DNA of 64,000 nucleotides, from positions 1 to 64,000 of the forward strand of contig JBGTHM010000023.1 of the NCBI GenBank assembly GCA_041746255.1, written 5' to 3'. Of the stretch, positions 1 to 10,455 are shown piece by piece. The first letter of the stretch is position 1; each line of letters starts with the position of its first letter. Position numbers and translations under genes: made by a program. The notes under the pieces were generated by a model that was given only the letters and a program-made list of their open reading frames with translations, did not search any database and was not told where the DNA came from. The stretch comes from Fibrobacteria bacterium (GTDB taxonomy: Bacteria; Fibrobacterota; Fibrobacteria; UBA11236).

Positions 1-139
1 CTGGATTGAGAAGGACGAAAACCGGTCACTTTGAACCGGATTTTCACCCTCGGGTCAATCGTCCGAACCGGTCATCTTGAACCGGATCGGCCGGTCACTT
101 TGAATCGGATTAGCCGGTCACCATGAACCGGATTTTGCA
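1..139. mobile_element. Terminus of a probable IS21-family insertion sequence (rest lies outside the window)
   Basis: Four ~20-bp direct repeats (RCCGGTCAYYWTGAAYCGGA) at 21, 67, 90 and 113 with 23-bp periodicity, ending in ...GATTTTGCA-3' at 139. Multiple subterminal repeats plus a terminal CA are typical of IS21 ends. Kelch similarity stops exactly here. Confidence 0.75.
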
Positions 140-662
140 GCAGTGTGGGCATGTTGGAAAGCACTTCCCAAGAGTCGGTAGCTGGGGCATAGCGCTCGAT
201 AGGTCGCATATTCTGGCCCCCGAAAATATAGATATGGTCTTTATAAGCGACCGCCGTCCCATCGCTCCGCATCAGTGAACCGGATTTTTTTTGTTCCCAT
301 GTGTCCGTGGCAGGCGTGTATTCGTAAGTTTCCCCTTTGAAGATATAGAGCTTCCCGTCGAAACTTTCCACCATGTGATGGTGCATGTTTTTGGGCATGT
401 TCCTCAGCGTTTTCCATTTGTCCGTGGCCGGGTCATAGGCGGCAAAGTGGTAAAGTCCTCCGAAGCCGCCGGGGAAATAAATGAGGCCATCGATAACAAC
501 GGCCCTGCTTTCGGAACGGGCCGAGGGCGCGGGAGCCGCTTCTTTCCAGGTATCCGGCTGAGAGAAAACCGGCATGGCCACCATGGCTCCGAAAAAAAGG
601 ATCGAAGAGTAACCGGGAATCCGATCCGGTTGGAATGATTTTACCAGATCTGGTAAGGTCAT
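140..662 (-). pseudogene. Secreted Kelch-repeat protein truncated by the IS end (ORF reads through to a stop at 72)
   Basis: Signal-like N-terminus and Kelch blades (IYFPGG..YDPATDKW, IYIFGG..YAPATDSWEVLSNMPT). Only ~3 blades precede the switch into IS sequence. Confidence 0.75.
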
Positions 663-831
663 GGATTCTCCCGAAATGAATTCGGACTGTGAGTGACAGG
701 GTAGAATATACTTCGAAATGATCTTGTCTACCGATGGTTTCGTCGTTTCGCAGTGCCTCCCTTGCGACTTTCCGGGGAGGATGGCCCCGTTTGAAGCGAA
801 AGCGTTTTATATACGAGAAAGCGATTCCTAT

Positions 832-2400
832 CTATTCGATCATGTTCAGTTTTTTCGCCTCCTCAATTTGCGCTTCGGTTCGCACCGGCTTGAATTTTCC
901 AAAGAGCTTTCCGGTAATCTTCTTATAGGTTTTCGTCTGACTGAATATTGTCAACACAATTACGATGATTAGGATTAGGGAAACCGGTCGTGTGAAAATG
1001 GGCAGGAAATCGCCCTGATTAACCATCAGGAAGCGCCGGAGGTTTTCGTCCGCCATGGGGCCCAGGATCACGCCAATGACAAGAGGCGCTACGGGATATT
1101 TCATTTCCGTCAGGAAATAGGAGATGATGCCCACGGGAATCATAAGGTAGAGATTGAAAATTTTGGCGCCTAACGCATAAGAGCCGATTACGCAAAGAAT
1201 AGCCACAATGGGCATGAGCAAAGTTTGAGGCATTTTCAAAACTTTGATTACCTGTTTCGCCAGTAACATACCGATTACCCACATGGCAAGGGCCGATAAC
1301 AGCAAAATGGCCGCCATCTCGGTGATAAAAAGCGGGTTTTCGATTATCAGCATGGGGCCCGGTTGCACGCCATGCAGCAACAACGCGCCCAAAAGCATGG
1401 CCGCCGGGGGACTGCCGGGAATACCGAGGCTGAGCAGAACAATCATGGCCCCGCCGATACAGGCTTTATTGGAGGTTTCGGCGCAGATTATTCCTTCCAT
1501 GGAGCCATGCCCGTATTCCTCGGGATGCTTGCTCATGTTTTTACCCGTTCCATAGGCAACCCAGCCGGCGATATCTTCCCCGATTCCCGGAACTGCGCCT
1601 ATACCGGTTCCTATGATGGCACTGCGTAAAACGGTAATCTTGTTACGGAGGAGATCCTTGAAGCCGGGCAACATTTTCTTCATTTCCACGAAGTTTTTGA
1701 ATTGCGTCTTTTCCTTGAGGACTTGGATGATTTGCGGAATTCCGAACGCGCCAATCAGTACCGGCACGATATCGAGACCCCCATCCAATTCGGGTATTCC
1801 CAGGGTAAAACGGGGATAAGTTTGCAAGGCATCCCGGCCGATTAGCGCCATCCATAGACCGATGAACCCCGCTATCCACCCTTTGATTACGAGGTCCGAA
1901 CTGGTCAGCGTGCCGCTTATAATGATGCCGAACAACGCCAGCAGGAAAAACTCCGCCGAAGTGAATTGCAAGGCCATTTTGGCTATCAAAGGGGTAAGGG
2001 TAATGACGAAAAGCAGACCGATAATCGTACCTACCGCACTGGTGGTGGTCACCAAGCCCAACACTTTGCCCGCCAGCCCTTTTTTGGCCAGGGGGTAACC
2101 ATCCATGGCCAAGGCCGCGGAGGCGGCCGTACCGGGAATATTAAGCAGTACCGCCGAATAGGAGCCTCCATAGACAGCTCCCACATACATGGCCATCAGG
2201 GCTATCATGGCGGTACTTTGATTGACGCCATAAGTGAGCGTTGTCAACAGGGCGACGCCCAGAGTCGCGGTAAGTCCAGGCATGGCGCCGAAAAGAATCC
2301 CCAGGAAAGTAGCTCCTGCGAGAATAGTAACGTTCAGGGGACTGGATAGCAGCTGAATCGTGACGGAAAAAAAATTGGCGAATGCGGTGGTGATTTCCAT
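832..2400 (-). CDS. tctA: Tripartite tricarboxylate transporter, large permease TctA
   Basis: GAMPGL, YGGSYSAVLLNIPGT and LGIPGSPPAA motifs; 522-aa polytopic membrane protein. Confidence 0.93.
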   Translation of the reverse strand: MEITTAFANFFSVTIQLLSSPLNVTILAGATFLGILFGAMPGLTATLGVALLTTLTYGVNQSTAMIALMAMYVGAVYGGSYSAVLLNIPGTAASAALAMDGYPLAKKGLAGKVLGLVTTTSAVGTIIGLLFVITLTPLIAKMALQFTSAEFFLLALFGIIISGTLTSSDLVIKGWIAGFIGLWMALIGRDALQTYPRFTLGIPELDGGLDIVPVLIGAFGIPQIIQVLKEKTQFKNFVEMKKMLPGFKDLLRNKITVLRSAIIGTGIGAVPGIGEDIAGWVAYGTGKNMSKHPEEYGHGSMEGIICAETSNKACIGGAMIVLLSLGIPGSPPAAMLLGALLLHGVQPGPMLIIENPLFITEMAAILLLSALAMWVIGMLLAKQVIKVLKMPQTLLMPIVAILCVIGSYALGAKIFNLYLMIPVGIISYFLTEMKYPVAPLVIGVILGPMADENLRRFLMVNQGDFLPIFTRPVSLILIIVIVLTIFSQTKTYKKITGKLFGKFKPVRTEAQIEEAKKLNMIE

Positions 2401-2417
2401 AGGATTGCCCCGGCTGC

Positions 2418-3164
2418 CTATCCTTTCTTTATGGCGAAGTAAATGTCCGACAAAAGATCCACTACCGCGCCTTCTTTCGGAAGAGGCACCAGCAGCATGA
2501 ACCGGAAGCTGAATGTCAGCAGCAGGGGAACGAGAAGGGAAATCGTGAGGGCGATTTTATAACGGCGGACATTTTCTTTATTGCCGCGGACGAGTACGAA
2601 AGCGTAAATCAGCATACCGGCGATAAACAAACCCACGATGCCATCCACGAAATAGAACATCTCATCGAGTTTTCGGTGCAAATTGAAAAGGAAAAGCAAC
2701 ATGAAAAAAACCGCCCCGATTTGGTAGAAAAGGGAGATTTTTTTGAATACAGGGTAATCATCGAAGTAAAAAATGGCCGTCAGGTAAAAGAGAAACATCG
2801 CCGAGCAGAGATAGAAGTCCGTTGTGGGCAGGTAGATGTATACATAGGAACTGAGCGACAGAATGATTACAAGAAACTTGAGGTTTCGTTCGGTAGTCAA
2901 ATTTAAAGTGCGCTTCAGGGTTTCCAGCGACCCTTTGGCGCCCCCCGCCCTCAAAGCGATAACGAAAAGAATCGCGGATAGGATAATGATTCCGGCGCTG
3001 ACAATTAACGGCATCAATGCCGGGGAGACATACCAGGCATTGGCAACGCCGCCGTAGGTGTCCGTCATAGGCATGCCTAGCGCTTGGGAAAGCACCCAAA
3101 TCCCGAAAACGAAAAGTACGGCGCTCCAAATGACATCGTAACGACGCAATTCTTCTTTATCCAT
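2418..3164 (-). CDS. TctB-like membrane subunit, unusually long
   Basis: Lies between tctA and tctC; hydrophobic; C-terminal F..LLVPLP.G TctB-like motif. Confidence 0.75.
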   Translation of the reverse strand: MDKEELRRYDVIWSAVLFVFGIWVLSQALGMPMTDTYGGVANAWYVSPALMPLIVSAGIIILSAILFVIALRAGGAKGSLETLKRTLNLTTERNLKFLVIILSLSSYVYIYLPTTDFYLCSAMFLFYLTAIFYFDDYPVFKKISLFYQIGAVFFMLLFLFNLHRKLDEMFYFVDGIVGLFIAGMLIYAFVLVRGNKENVRRYKIALTISLLVPLLLTFSFRFMLLVPLPKEGAVVDLLSDIYFAIKKG

Positions 3165-3200
3165 GCTTCCGAACCTTAAATAAAAATGCCCAGATCCCGA

Positions 3201-4211
3201 TTATTCGGGTTTGGGAATACCCAGAGCTTCCGGGCTCACCTTGGTGATTCCCAACTCATGCATGGTCCAGGAAAAGAGGGATTCCAGTCTGTCGAAATTG
3301 TCGGCAGCCTCTTTACCCGTGGCCCCGGAAAGTACGTAATAATTGTCCTTAGCGAATTGTTGGACGGGTTCGGAGGCCATGGCCTGTTTGAATGCATCGT
3401 TCAGTTTGGCTTTGACATCGTCGGGAGTTTCTTTCCCAATGGCGAAACCGATGGCCTGTGAAATCGGCAAATACTCAGCCAATTCGGGAAAGGCGTCGAA
3501 ACCGCTGACAATGGTAGTCGTGTCGATGGTGAAGGCATCGGGCTCCAGCACTGCCAGGGGGCGCAAAAGACCGCCGCGAATGAGCTGCGCCTGTTCGGCT
3601 ACGGATGTGACTACGACGGTGACCTCCCCCGTGAGGGCGGCATTTTGGGCTGGGGCGCTTCCCGGATAGGGTATGAAATTGAATTGGGCATTGGTGCCTT
3701 TTTCAAGTGCCATGAGATTGATGTGGTGGATGGATCCGGATCCGCCTCCGGCGGCTTTGATTCCTTTCGGATTTTTTTTGGCGGCCTCAATCAACTCGGT
3801 CAAAGTGGTATAAGGAGAACCGGGCGTAACGGAAACCACATCCGGAGAACTTCCGACGATAAAGTAATCCCAGACATTCATTCTTTTGTCCCAGCCCCCT
3901 TGGACCCCTGCCGTTACGCAGGATTCGGAAAGCCCCACCAAGGTATAACCGTCATGAGGGGCCTTGTATCCTTCCATCATGCCGAGCGAACCCGCCACGC
4001 CACCGGTTTTGTTGATGACATTGATGTTGTATCCCAAAACCTTCGCCATCTCGGACATGATGACCCGGTTACAAATATCGGTTCCGCCCCCGGCGCCCCA
4101 AACCACCACGGCGGTAATATCCCTTTCCGGATATTCAGACGTTCTTTCCCGGCACCCGGTAATGGTCGAAATGAGTGAAAAAGCCACCAAAAGCGTAATG
4201 GTTCTGATCAC
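3201..4211 (-). CDS. tctC: TTT substrate-binding lipoprotein TctC (Bug family)
   Basis: Lipobox ITGC; YPERDIT.VV.WGAGGGTD, NKTGG..G, DGYTL and IPYPGS motifs. Confidence 0.92.
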   Translation of the reverse strand: MIRTITLLVAFSLISTITGCRERTSEYPERDITAVVVWGAGGGTDICNRVIMSEMAKVLGYNINVINKTGGVAGSLGMMEGYKAPHDGYTLVGLSESCVTAGVQGGWDKRMNVWDYFIVGSSPDVVSVTPGSPYTTLTELIEAAKKNPKGIKAAGGGSGSIHHINLMALEKGTNAQFNFIPYPGSAPAQNAALTGEVTVVVTSVAEQAQLIRGGLLRPLAVLEPDAFTIDTTTIVSGFDAFPELAEYLPISQAIGFAIGKETPDDVKAKLNDAFKQAMASEPVQQFAKDNYYVLSGATGKEAADNFDRLESLFSWTMHELGITKVSPEALGIPKPE

Positions 4212-4502
4212 TTTGATATCTCCAGTTCTCTAAAGGAATTTTCGGTGCAATACAAGTCGCTTACGAAGGAAAAATCCGCCCCGGCGAAATTGAATCCTGC
4301 AAAAATTAGAATAATTGTCTCTACCCTTCTCTCGATTCCTGCTTGCGCATAATAAGTCAGGAATCAATCCGTTCTCCCTTGGAAACATTTCCCTGCCGAT
4401 TTTGGGCCGCCATGCGGAATTCCTCCCTCCCGGTCGAGCCTTATACGCACGAATTTTATAATTTCTGCGGATATTCCGGACATTCTCTCGGAAGGAGACT
4501 TC

Positions 4503-6371
4503 ATGTCGACCCAACTCCCCAAAAAGGGCATTGCCCCTGCATTCATACTGACCACCGCCCTAAGCGCCCTGTTTTTCACAGCGTGTGGCGGCGGTGAATC
4601 CTCTTCCCGCTCCGGCTCCGGCGGGACTCCCTGGGATCCTTCCGTGCCCGTAGTCGTAGATTCCCTGGGAGATTTCGACCCCATCGCCAACCCGGAGGCC
4701 GTGCCCGGCGGCACCTATACCACCTGGGGCGGGCAATTCCCTAAGTCGCTGAACCGATGGCTCGACTACAATTCCTTTTCCAGCCAGGTCATGAGCCTCC
4801 TTTTCGAACCGCTGGTCGAACTCCATTCCACCGAAAACGAACCGGTGGGGGTATTGGCCGACACCTGGGAGATTTCCGAGGATAAAACCACTTTCACCTT
4901 CCATCTCGATCCCAGGGCGAAGTGGAGCGACGGCAAGCCGGTGACCGCGCATGACGTGCAATTCTATTACGACGTGATGATGAATCCGCAAAACCTGACC
5001 TCGCTTTTCCGCGTAGGCCTATCACGCTTCGACCGGCCGGAAGTGATGGACGATGCCACCTTGCGCATTCGCGCCAACGAGGCGCATTGGTCCAACTTCT
5101 GGGAAGCGGCCGGATTGGTGGCTTTTCCCAAGCATATTTGGGAAAAAGTCGATTTCAACACGCAGAACTTCGAATTTCCCGTGGTTTCGGGCCCGTACCG
5201 CATCGGCGACGTTCGCAGAGGGCGTTCCATCACCCTCGATCGCCGCGGCGAATGGTGGGGCCGTTCCAAGCGCTATAATCAGCACAAATTCAACTTCGCC
5301 AATATCCGTTACCGGTTCATGGAGGATCGGGTCAAGGCATTGGAGGCCTTTAAAAAAGGTGATTTCGATGCCTATCCGGTTTATACGGCCTCCATCTGGG
5401 CCGAACAAACCCACTTCGATCAAGTGCAAAAAGGTTATGTCGCCAGGATGCGCATTTTCAACAAAGAGCCCATCGGCTTCCAGGGCTTCGCCCTCAACCT
5501 GAGGCGGCCGATATTCCAGGACCACCGGGTGAGAATGGCGCTGGCGCATTTGCTCAATCGCGAGGTGATGAACGAAAAGCTCATGTATAATCAGTACTTT
5601 TTGCTTAACTCCTATTATCCCGATCTCTATCCCGACAACCTTAATCCCGCCGTAGAACCGGTTGCCTACAATCCGGTGCGGGCGCGAGAACTGCTCAAAG
5701 AGGCCGGCTGGAGCGTCGGCTCCAGCGGCATACTGGCCAAAGACGGACAAAGATTCGAAATCGCCATTCCCACCACCAGCACCGATTTGCGCCACCTCAA
5801 CGTCTTTGTCGAAGACTTGAAGAGCGTGGGAATCACCGCCCGCGTGGACCAGCTCTCGCAATCGGCCGTGCGCAAGCGGCTTGACCACCATGATTTCGAC
5901 ATGTACTGGATGGCCTGGGGTGCGGGCCGCCTGCGCGATCCGGAGCCCAGCTGGCATTCGCGCACTTCCATGGAAATTGCCACCAACAATATTCCCGGTG
6001 TCAACGACAAGGTTATCGACAGCCTGGTTGAGGCCCAGAAAACCGAAATGGATTTGGACCGGCGCAACGCGATACTCAAACAAATCGACACGCGCCTCAA
6101 CGGCATTTTGCCTTATATACTGCTGTGGCAATCCGATAATACCCGCCTGCTTTTCTGGAATAAATTCGGTACACCCCGTTTCGTACTCGACAAATTCAAT
6201 CGCGAAGATATGATCCCGGTATATTGGTGGTTCGACGCGGAAAAAGAGAAAAAATTGCAAGACGCCATGAAAAGCGGACGCCCATTGGATCCGCGCATTG
6301 AAGACGTCCACTATAGTGAAGATGCTTTGGCCGAAGATGAACCTACTCAAGGCGGTCCCACCGGCACGTGA
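4503..6371 (+). CDS. Peptide ABC transporter solute-binding lipoprotein (SBP family 5, YejA-like)
   Basis: Lipobox FTAC; AKWSDGKPVTAHDV, SGPYRI and FQDHRVRMAL motifs. Confidence 0.92.
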   Translation: MSTQLPKKGIAPAFILTTALSALFFTACGGGESSSRSGSGGTPWDPSVPVVVDSLGDFDPIANPEAVPGGTYTTWGGQFPKSLNRWLDYNSFSSQVMSLLFEPLVELHSTENEPVGVLADTWEISEDKTTFTFHLDPRAKWSDGKPVTAHDVQFYYDVMMNPQNLTSLFRVGLSRFDRPEVMDDATLRIRANEAHWSNFWEAAGLVAFPKHIWEKVDFNTQNFEFPVVSGPYRIGDVRRGRSITLDRRGEWWGRSKRYNQHKFNFANIRYRFMEDRVKALEAFKKGDFDAYPVYTASIWAEQTHFDQVQKGYVARMRIFNKEPIGFQGFALNLRRPIFQDHRVRMALAHLLNREVMNEKLMYNQYFLLNSYYPDLYPDNLNPAVEPVAYNPVRARELLKEAGWSVGSSGILAKDGQRFEIAIPTTSTDLRHLNVFVEDLKSVGITARVDQLSQSAVRKRLDHHDFDMYWMAWGAGRLRDPEPSWHSRTSMEIATNNIPGVNDKVIDSLVEAQKTEMDLDRRNAILKQIDTRLNGILPYILLWQSDNTRLLFWNKFGTPRFVLDKFNREDMIPVYWWFDAEKEKKLQDAMKSGRPLDPRIEDVHYSEDALAEDEPTQGGPTGT

Positions 6372-7381
6372 AAGCCTATATTATAAGACGGCTTTTGCTG
6401 ATGATTCCCACCCTGCTGGGAATCTCGCTGCTCGTCTTCACCCTAATCCAATTCGTTCCCGGCGGTCCGGTTGAGGAGCTTATCGCCAATATGCGGCAAG
6501 CCGGCTCCGACCGTGGAGCCGACGCCAGCCGGTCGATAACGGAGCGGGAAATCGAAAACATCAAGGCCTATTACGGCTTCGACAAACCGGCGCATGTGCG
6601 TTATTTCGAATGGCTGGGAAACGTGGCACGACTCGATTTGGGGAAATCCTATACCTATGAACAGCCGGTGTGGGACGTCATCATCAGCAAAATGCCGATA
6701 TCCCTCTTTTTCGGATTCACTTCTTTTTTCCTATCCTACTTGATCTGCATCCCGTTGGGCATGGCCAAGGCGATGCGCCATAACAGCCTGTTCGACACTA
6801 TTTCCTCGGCGATAATCTTCACGGGGTATGTGATACCCGGCTATGCGCTGGGCATTCTCCTTATCGTCTTTTTGGGGGGAGGGAGTTATCTCGATCTCTT
6901 TCCGATATCGGGAATCGTCTCGGACGATTTCGAGGACTTGTCGGCTGCGGGTAAAACCCTCGATTTTCTCCACCATATGGTGTTGCCGCTCTTCTGCTAC
7001 ATGATCAGCGAGTTCGCCTTTTTGACCATGCTGATGAAGAACAGCTTGCTGGAAGAGCTGACCAAGGATTACATGCGCACCGCCCTGGTCAAAGGCTCTT
7101 CCTTCAAAGCCGCCGTCAGGCGCCATGCCCTGCGAAACGCCCTCATCCCCATCGCCACCCGCGCCAGCGAAATCTTCACCATCATGTTCGCCGGCGCCGT
7201 GCTGATTGAACGCGTGTTCGACATCGACGGCATGGGGCTCCTATTCTACAATGCCACCGTGAACCGCGATTATAACGTGGTGATGGGCATCATCCTCCTC
7301 TCCAGCATCATGGCTTTGATAGGCCGCCTCTTTTCCGACCTCCTGTACGTATGGGTCGACCCCCGGATTCGGCTGCAATGA
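6368..7381 (+). CDS. Peptide ABC transporter permease (YejB/OppB-like)
   Basis: YIIRRLLLMIPTLLGI, PGGPVE, YGFDKP, EAA loop (YMRTALVKG...HALRNAL), DPRI end; overlaps the upstream stop. Confidence 0.93.
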   Translation: MKAYIIRRLLLMIPTLLGISLLVFTLIQFVPGGPVEELIANMRQAGSDRGADASRSITEREIENIKAYYGFDKPAHVRYFEWLGNVARLDLGKSYTYEQPVWDVIISKMPISLFFGFTSFFLSYLICIPLGMAKAMRHNSLFDTISSAIIFTGYVIPGYALGILLIVFLGGGSYLDLFPISGIVSDDFEDLSAAGKTLDFLHHMVLPLFCYMISEFAFLTMLMKNSLLEELTKDYMRTALVKGSSFKAAVRRHALRNALIPIATRASEIFTIMFAGAVLIERVFDIDGMGLLFYNATVNRDYNVVMGIILLSSIMALIGRLFSDLLYVWVDPRIRLQ

Positions 7382-8424
7382 GATCGGGCGCTCCCTTCTT
7401 TTCCGAATTGACGCGCGAACGCTGGCGTAAGTTCAAGACCATGCGCCGCGCTTACTATTCTTTTCTGATTTTGGGAGGAGCCTTCATCCTCTCCTTATTC
7501 AGCCAGTTCATCGCCAACGATAAACCGCTTTTTTTGCACTACGAAGGAAAAAGCCACTTTCCCATTCTGAAGTTCTATTCCGACGAAACTTTCGGTGGGA
7601 TTTTTCGCACCGAAGCGGATTATGTCAAACTACGGCACGATCCCGAATTTCGCGCCAATGGCTTCATGTTGCTTCCACCCATTCCCCATTCTCCCGTCAA
7701 ACCCCATCTCGATTTACCCGGAACGCCTCCCCATGCGCCTTCAACTTTGCATTGGCTGGGCACCGACAATATCGGCCGCGACATCTTAGCGCGCCTCATC
7801 TACGGATTTCGCACCTCCATGCTGTTCGCGCTTTTGTTGGCGCTGTGCGCCGCCGTGCTGGGAATCATCATCGGCGGCATGCAAGGCTTTCGAGGCGGCA
7901 AAACCGATATCATCACCCAGCGGCTGGTGGAAATTTGGAGCGCGCTTCCTTTTCTCTACGTGGTTATTCTGCTCGGATCCATCTACGGAAGCAGCTTCTG
8001 GCTGCTTTTATTCGCCATGGCGATATTCGGATGGATAGGCATGTCCTATTACGTGCGCGCCGAATTCCTCAAGTTGAAAACCTTGAATTATGTGCGAGTG
8101 GCGCGCGCACTGGGGTTGGGCCCCGTGCGCATCTTTTCGCAGGAAATCCTCCCCAACGCTTTGACCCCGGTCATCACCTTGCTGCCCTTCATCATCATTT
8201 CCGGCATCTCGGCCCTGACCGCCCTGGATTTTCTCGGCTTCGGCCTGCCGCCGCCAGCGCCCTCGTGGGGCGAAATGCTGAGCCAGGGATTGAATAATCT
8301 GCACGCGCCGTGGATAGCCATTTCCACCGTATCGGCCCTGTTTCTCACTTTGCTGCTGGCGACTTTCGTAGGCGAAGGCATTCGGGAGGCCTTCGATCCC
8401 AAATCAAGCTATCGGGTCGAGTAG
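7378..8424 (+). CDS. Peptide ABC transporter permease (YejE/OppC-like)
   Basis: IANDKPL, HWLGTDNIGRDILARLIYGFR, LDFLGFG, GEGIREAFDP; ATGA coupling favours a start at 7378. Confidence 0.93.
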   Translation: MRSGAPFFSELTRERWRKFKTMRRAYYSFLILGGAFILSLFSQFIANDKPLFLHYEGKSHFPILKFYSDETFGGIFRTEADYVKLRHDPEFRANGFMLLPPIPHSPVKPHLDLPGTPPHAPSTLHWLGTDNIGRDILARLIYGFRTSMLFALLLALCAAVLGIIIGGMQGFRGGKTDIITQRLVEIWSALPFLYVVILLGSIYGSSFWLLLFAMAIFGWIGMSYYVRAEFLKLKTLNYVRVARALGLGPVRIFSQEILPNALTPVITLLPFIIISGISALTALDFLGFGLPPPAPSWGEMLSQGLNNLHAPWIAISTVSALFLTLLLATFVGEGIREAFDPKSSYRVE

Positions 8425-8442
8425 GAAGCTAAGGTAGGCACT

Positions 8443-10446
8443 CTAAGATTTGGATGGAAACGGGGTGTCGTTCAACACCGATGCGACCGCATGCAGGATC
8501 TGCTTCGGAGTGAAGGGTTTCTGGAGGAAATTCGCCCCGTCATCCAGGACGCCGTAATGCACGATGGCGTTATCGGTATAGCCGGAAATATATAGGACTT
8601 TCAAGCGCGAAATGCGGCCTTCCAGGTATTCCGCAAGCTTCCGCCCATTCATTCCGGGCATCACCACATCCGTAATGAGGATATCGATAGGCGCGCGCAG
8701 GCTATCCACGGTTTGCATGGCTTGTGATCCGTTGCGGCAATCAAAAACTTCGTAGCCGGCATTCTCCAATACCCTGCGGGCGAAATTCCGGACGGTATCC
8801 TCGTCTTCCACCAACAAAACGGTTTTCCGAACCGGACCTCCCGCTTGTGAATGCGAATCCTCCTTGTCGGCTGCGTCCGGCGCCGCCCCATCAACCGTGG
8901 AAAGCATCGGAAAGTATATCTTGAAAGTGGTACCGCTTCCTAATTCGCTATAGGCCCAAATGCTCCCGCCGCTTTGCTTGACGGCTCCGTAAACGCTCGA
9001 AAGCCCCAACCCCGTTCCCTTGCCCACGCCCTTCGTAGTGAAAAAAGGTTCGAAAATCCGCGCCTTGACTTCGGGGCTCATCCCCATTCCCGTATCGCTA
9101 ACCGCCAGCATGACATGCGGACCCGGCGAAGAGTCGAAATGGGTGCTGACATAATTTTTATCCAGCACCTTGTTGACCGTTTCAATGGTCAGTTGGCCTC
9201 CGTTGGGCATGGCATCCCGGGCGTTGAGCACCAGGTTGACGATAATCTGTTCCACCTGAGCCGGATCCGCTTTAACCTTGCCCAACCGGGGATCCAGCAT
9301 GGTAACGATCTCGATATGTTCGCCGATTAACCGTTTAAACATATTGCCCAACTCGGCCACCAAAGCATTCAGGTCAATCACCTTGGGCATGAGCATTTGC
9401 TTGCGGCTGAAAGCCAGCAACTGGGACGTCAATCTCGCCGCCCGTTCTCCCGAAGCGCGGATTTCTTGCAGCATTTCCCGAAGGGGGGTGTCGATTGCCA
9501 CTTCTTCCAGCGCCAACTCGGAGTATCCGTTAATGGCTGTCAGTAGGTTGTTGAAGTCATGAGCCACTCCGCCAGCCAGCTTGCCTATGGCTTCCATCTT
9601 TTGCGCATGCACCAATTCGGCCTCCAAACGTTTGCGGCCGGAGATGTCCCGTATGATGACGGACTTTCCGATTTCGGCACCGTGCTCATCCGACATGTCT
9701 CCTACTGTCATCTCGCCGGGAAAGGAGGAACCATCGCTTTTCAGGAAATACACCTCCTTGCCGCCTTCTTGCGATATTCCTTGTGCAAGGATTCGCTCCA
9801 GCTCCCCCCGCTCGGATTCCGGAAGCAAATCGCGAAAAAGCATTCCTACCGCTTCTTTCTCGGGAATGCCGAAAAGGGCTTCCGCTCCTTTGTTCCAGGT
9901 GACTACCGTGGACACCTTGTTGAGGGATAGAATGGCATCGCTGGCTTGGCTGAGAATGCTCGTCAGATAATGGTCGGAGAGAAGCAGCTTACGATAATGG
10001 TTCCGATCTTCATCCGGTCGGGTGGAAAGCCGGGTATTCATGCGATCAAGAGAGGTGCGTAATCGACTCCTACGGGAAAACAACCGACGGCAATCCTCCA
10101 GAAGCCGAAGATGGGATTCCAAATCGCCTGGTGGTGCAATCCAATAAGTGCCTACCATGGAAATCCAGGACAAGTCCAACTTAAGCGCCTCGGCCGCCTT
10201 GCCTTCGGCCAGAAAAATAATGGGACAATCATGAAGCAGTTTGTGCGCCTGACGCGCAAGTTTCACGGTATTGCCGTTTTCCTCTCCGATGAATACGGCA
10301 ATGGGTCCGTCTTTGCCGAGGCTGGAAGGCAATGTCGCCTGCAGATCACCGGGAAGACAGGTTATGGGCTGGAAACCGGCACCCCTATAGACATCTTCAT
10401 CCTTCAATCCGCAACGGGTCACCCAAATAAAATCGTTCGCACTCAA
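8443..10446 (-). CDS. Soluble hybrid sensor kinase (degenerate N-terminal domain, PAS, HisKA, HATPase, REC)
   Basis: PAS (WNKGAEALFG...RDIS), H-box AHDFNNLL, NLVLNARDAM, DTGMG, FEPFFTTK, GTGLGL; C-terminal receiver (VEDE, TDVVMP, KPF). Confidence 0.95.
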   Translation of the reverse strand: MSANDFIWVTRCGLKDEDVYRGAGFQPITCLPGDLQATLPSSLGKDGPIAVFIGEENGNTVKLARQAHKLLHDCPIIFLAEGKAAEALKLDLSWISMVGTYWIAPPGDLESHLRLLEDCRRLFSRRSRLRTSLDRMNTRLSTRPDEDRNHYRKLLLSDHYLTSILSQASDAILSLNKVSTVVTWNKGAEALFGIPEKEAVGMLFRDLLPESERGELERILAQGISQEGGKEVYFLKSDGSSFPGEMTVGDMSDEHGAEIGKSVIIRDISGRKRLEAELVHAQKMEAIGKLAGGVAHDFNNLLTAINGYSELALEEVAIDTPLREMLQEIRASGERAARLTSQLLAFSRKQMLMPKVIDLNALVAELGNMFKRLIGEHIEIVTMLDPRLGKVKADPAQVEQIIVNLVLNARDAMPNGGQLTIETVNKVLDKNYVSTHFDSSPGPHVMLAVSDTGMGMSPEVKARIFEPFFTTKGVGKGTGLGLSSVYGAVKQSGGSIWAYSELGSGTTFKIYFPMLSTVDGAAPDAADKEDSHSQAGGPVRKTVLLVEDEDTVRNFARRVLENAGYEVFDCRNGSQAMQTVDSLRAPIDILITDVVMPGMNGRKLAEYLEGRISRLKVLYISGYTDNAIVHYGVLDDGANFLQKPFTPKQILHAVASVLNDTPFPSKS

Positions 10447-10455
10447 AAGCTTTTC

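Noticed and set aside
21..132. Regular short repeats as a CRISPR array or iterons
   Set aside because: Spacers are only 3 nt (one of 26 nt), no cas or rep gene is nearby, and the terminal CA plus gene truncation fit an IS end better.
5022..6350. 442-aa minus-strand ORF and other long antisense ORFs (e.g. 17881-18948, 25310-26227, 57641-59053)
   Set aside because: They are shadows of well-supported genes on the opposite strand in GC-rich DNA and show no recognisable motifs.
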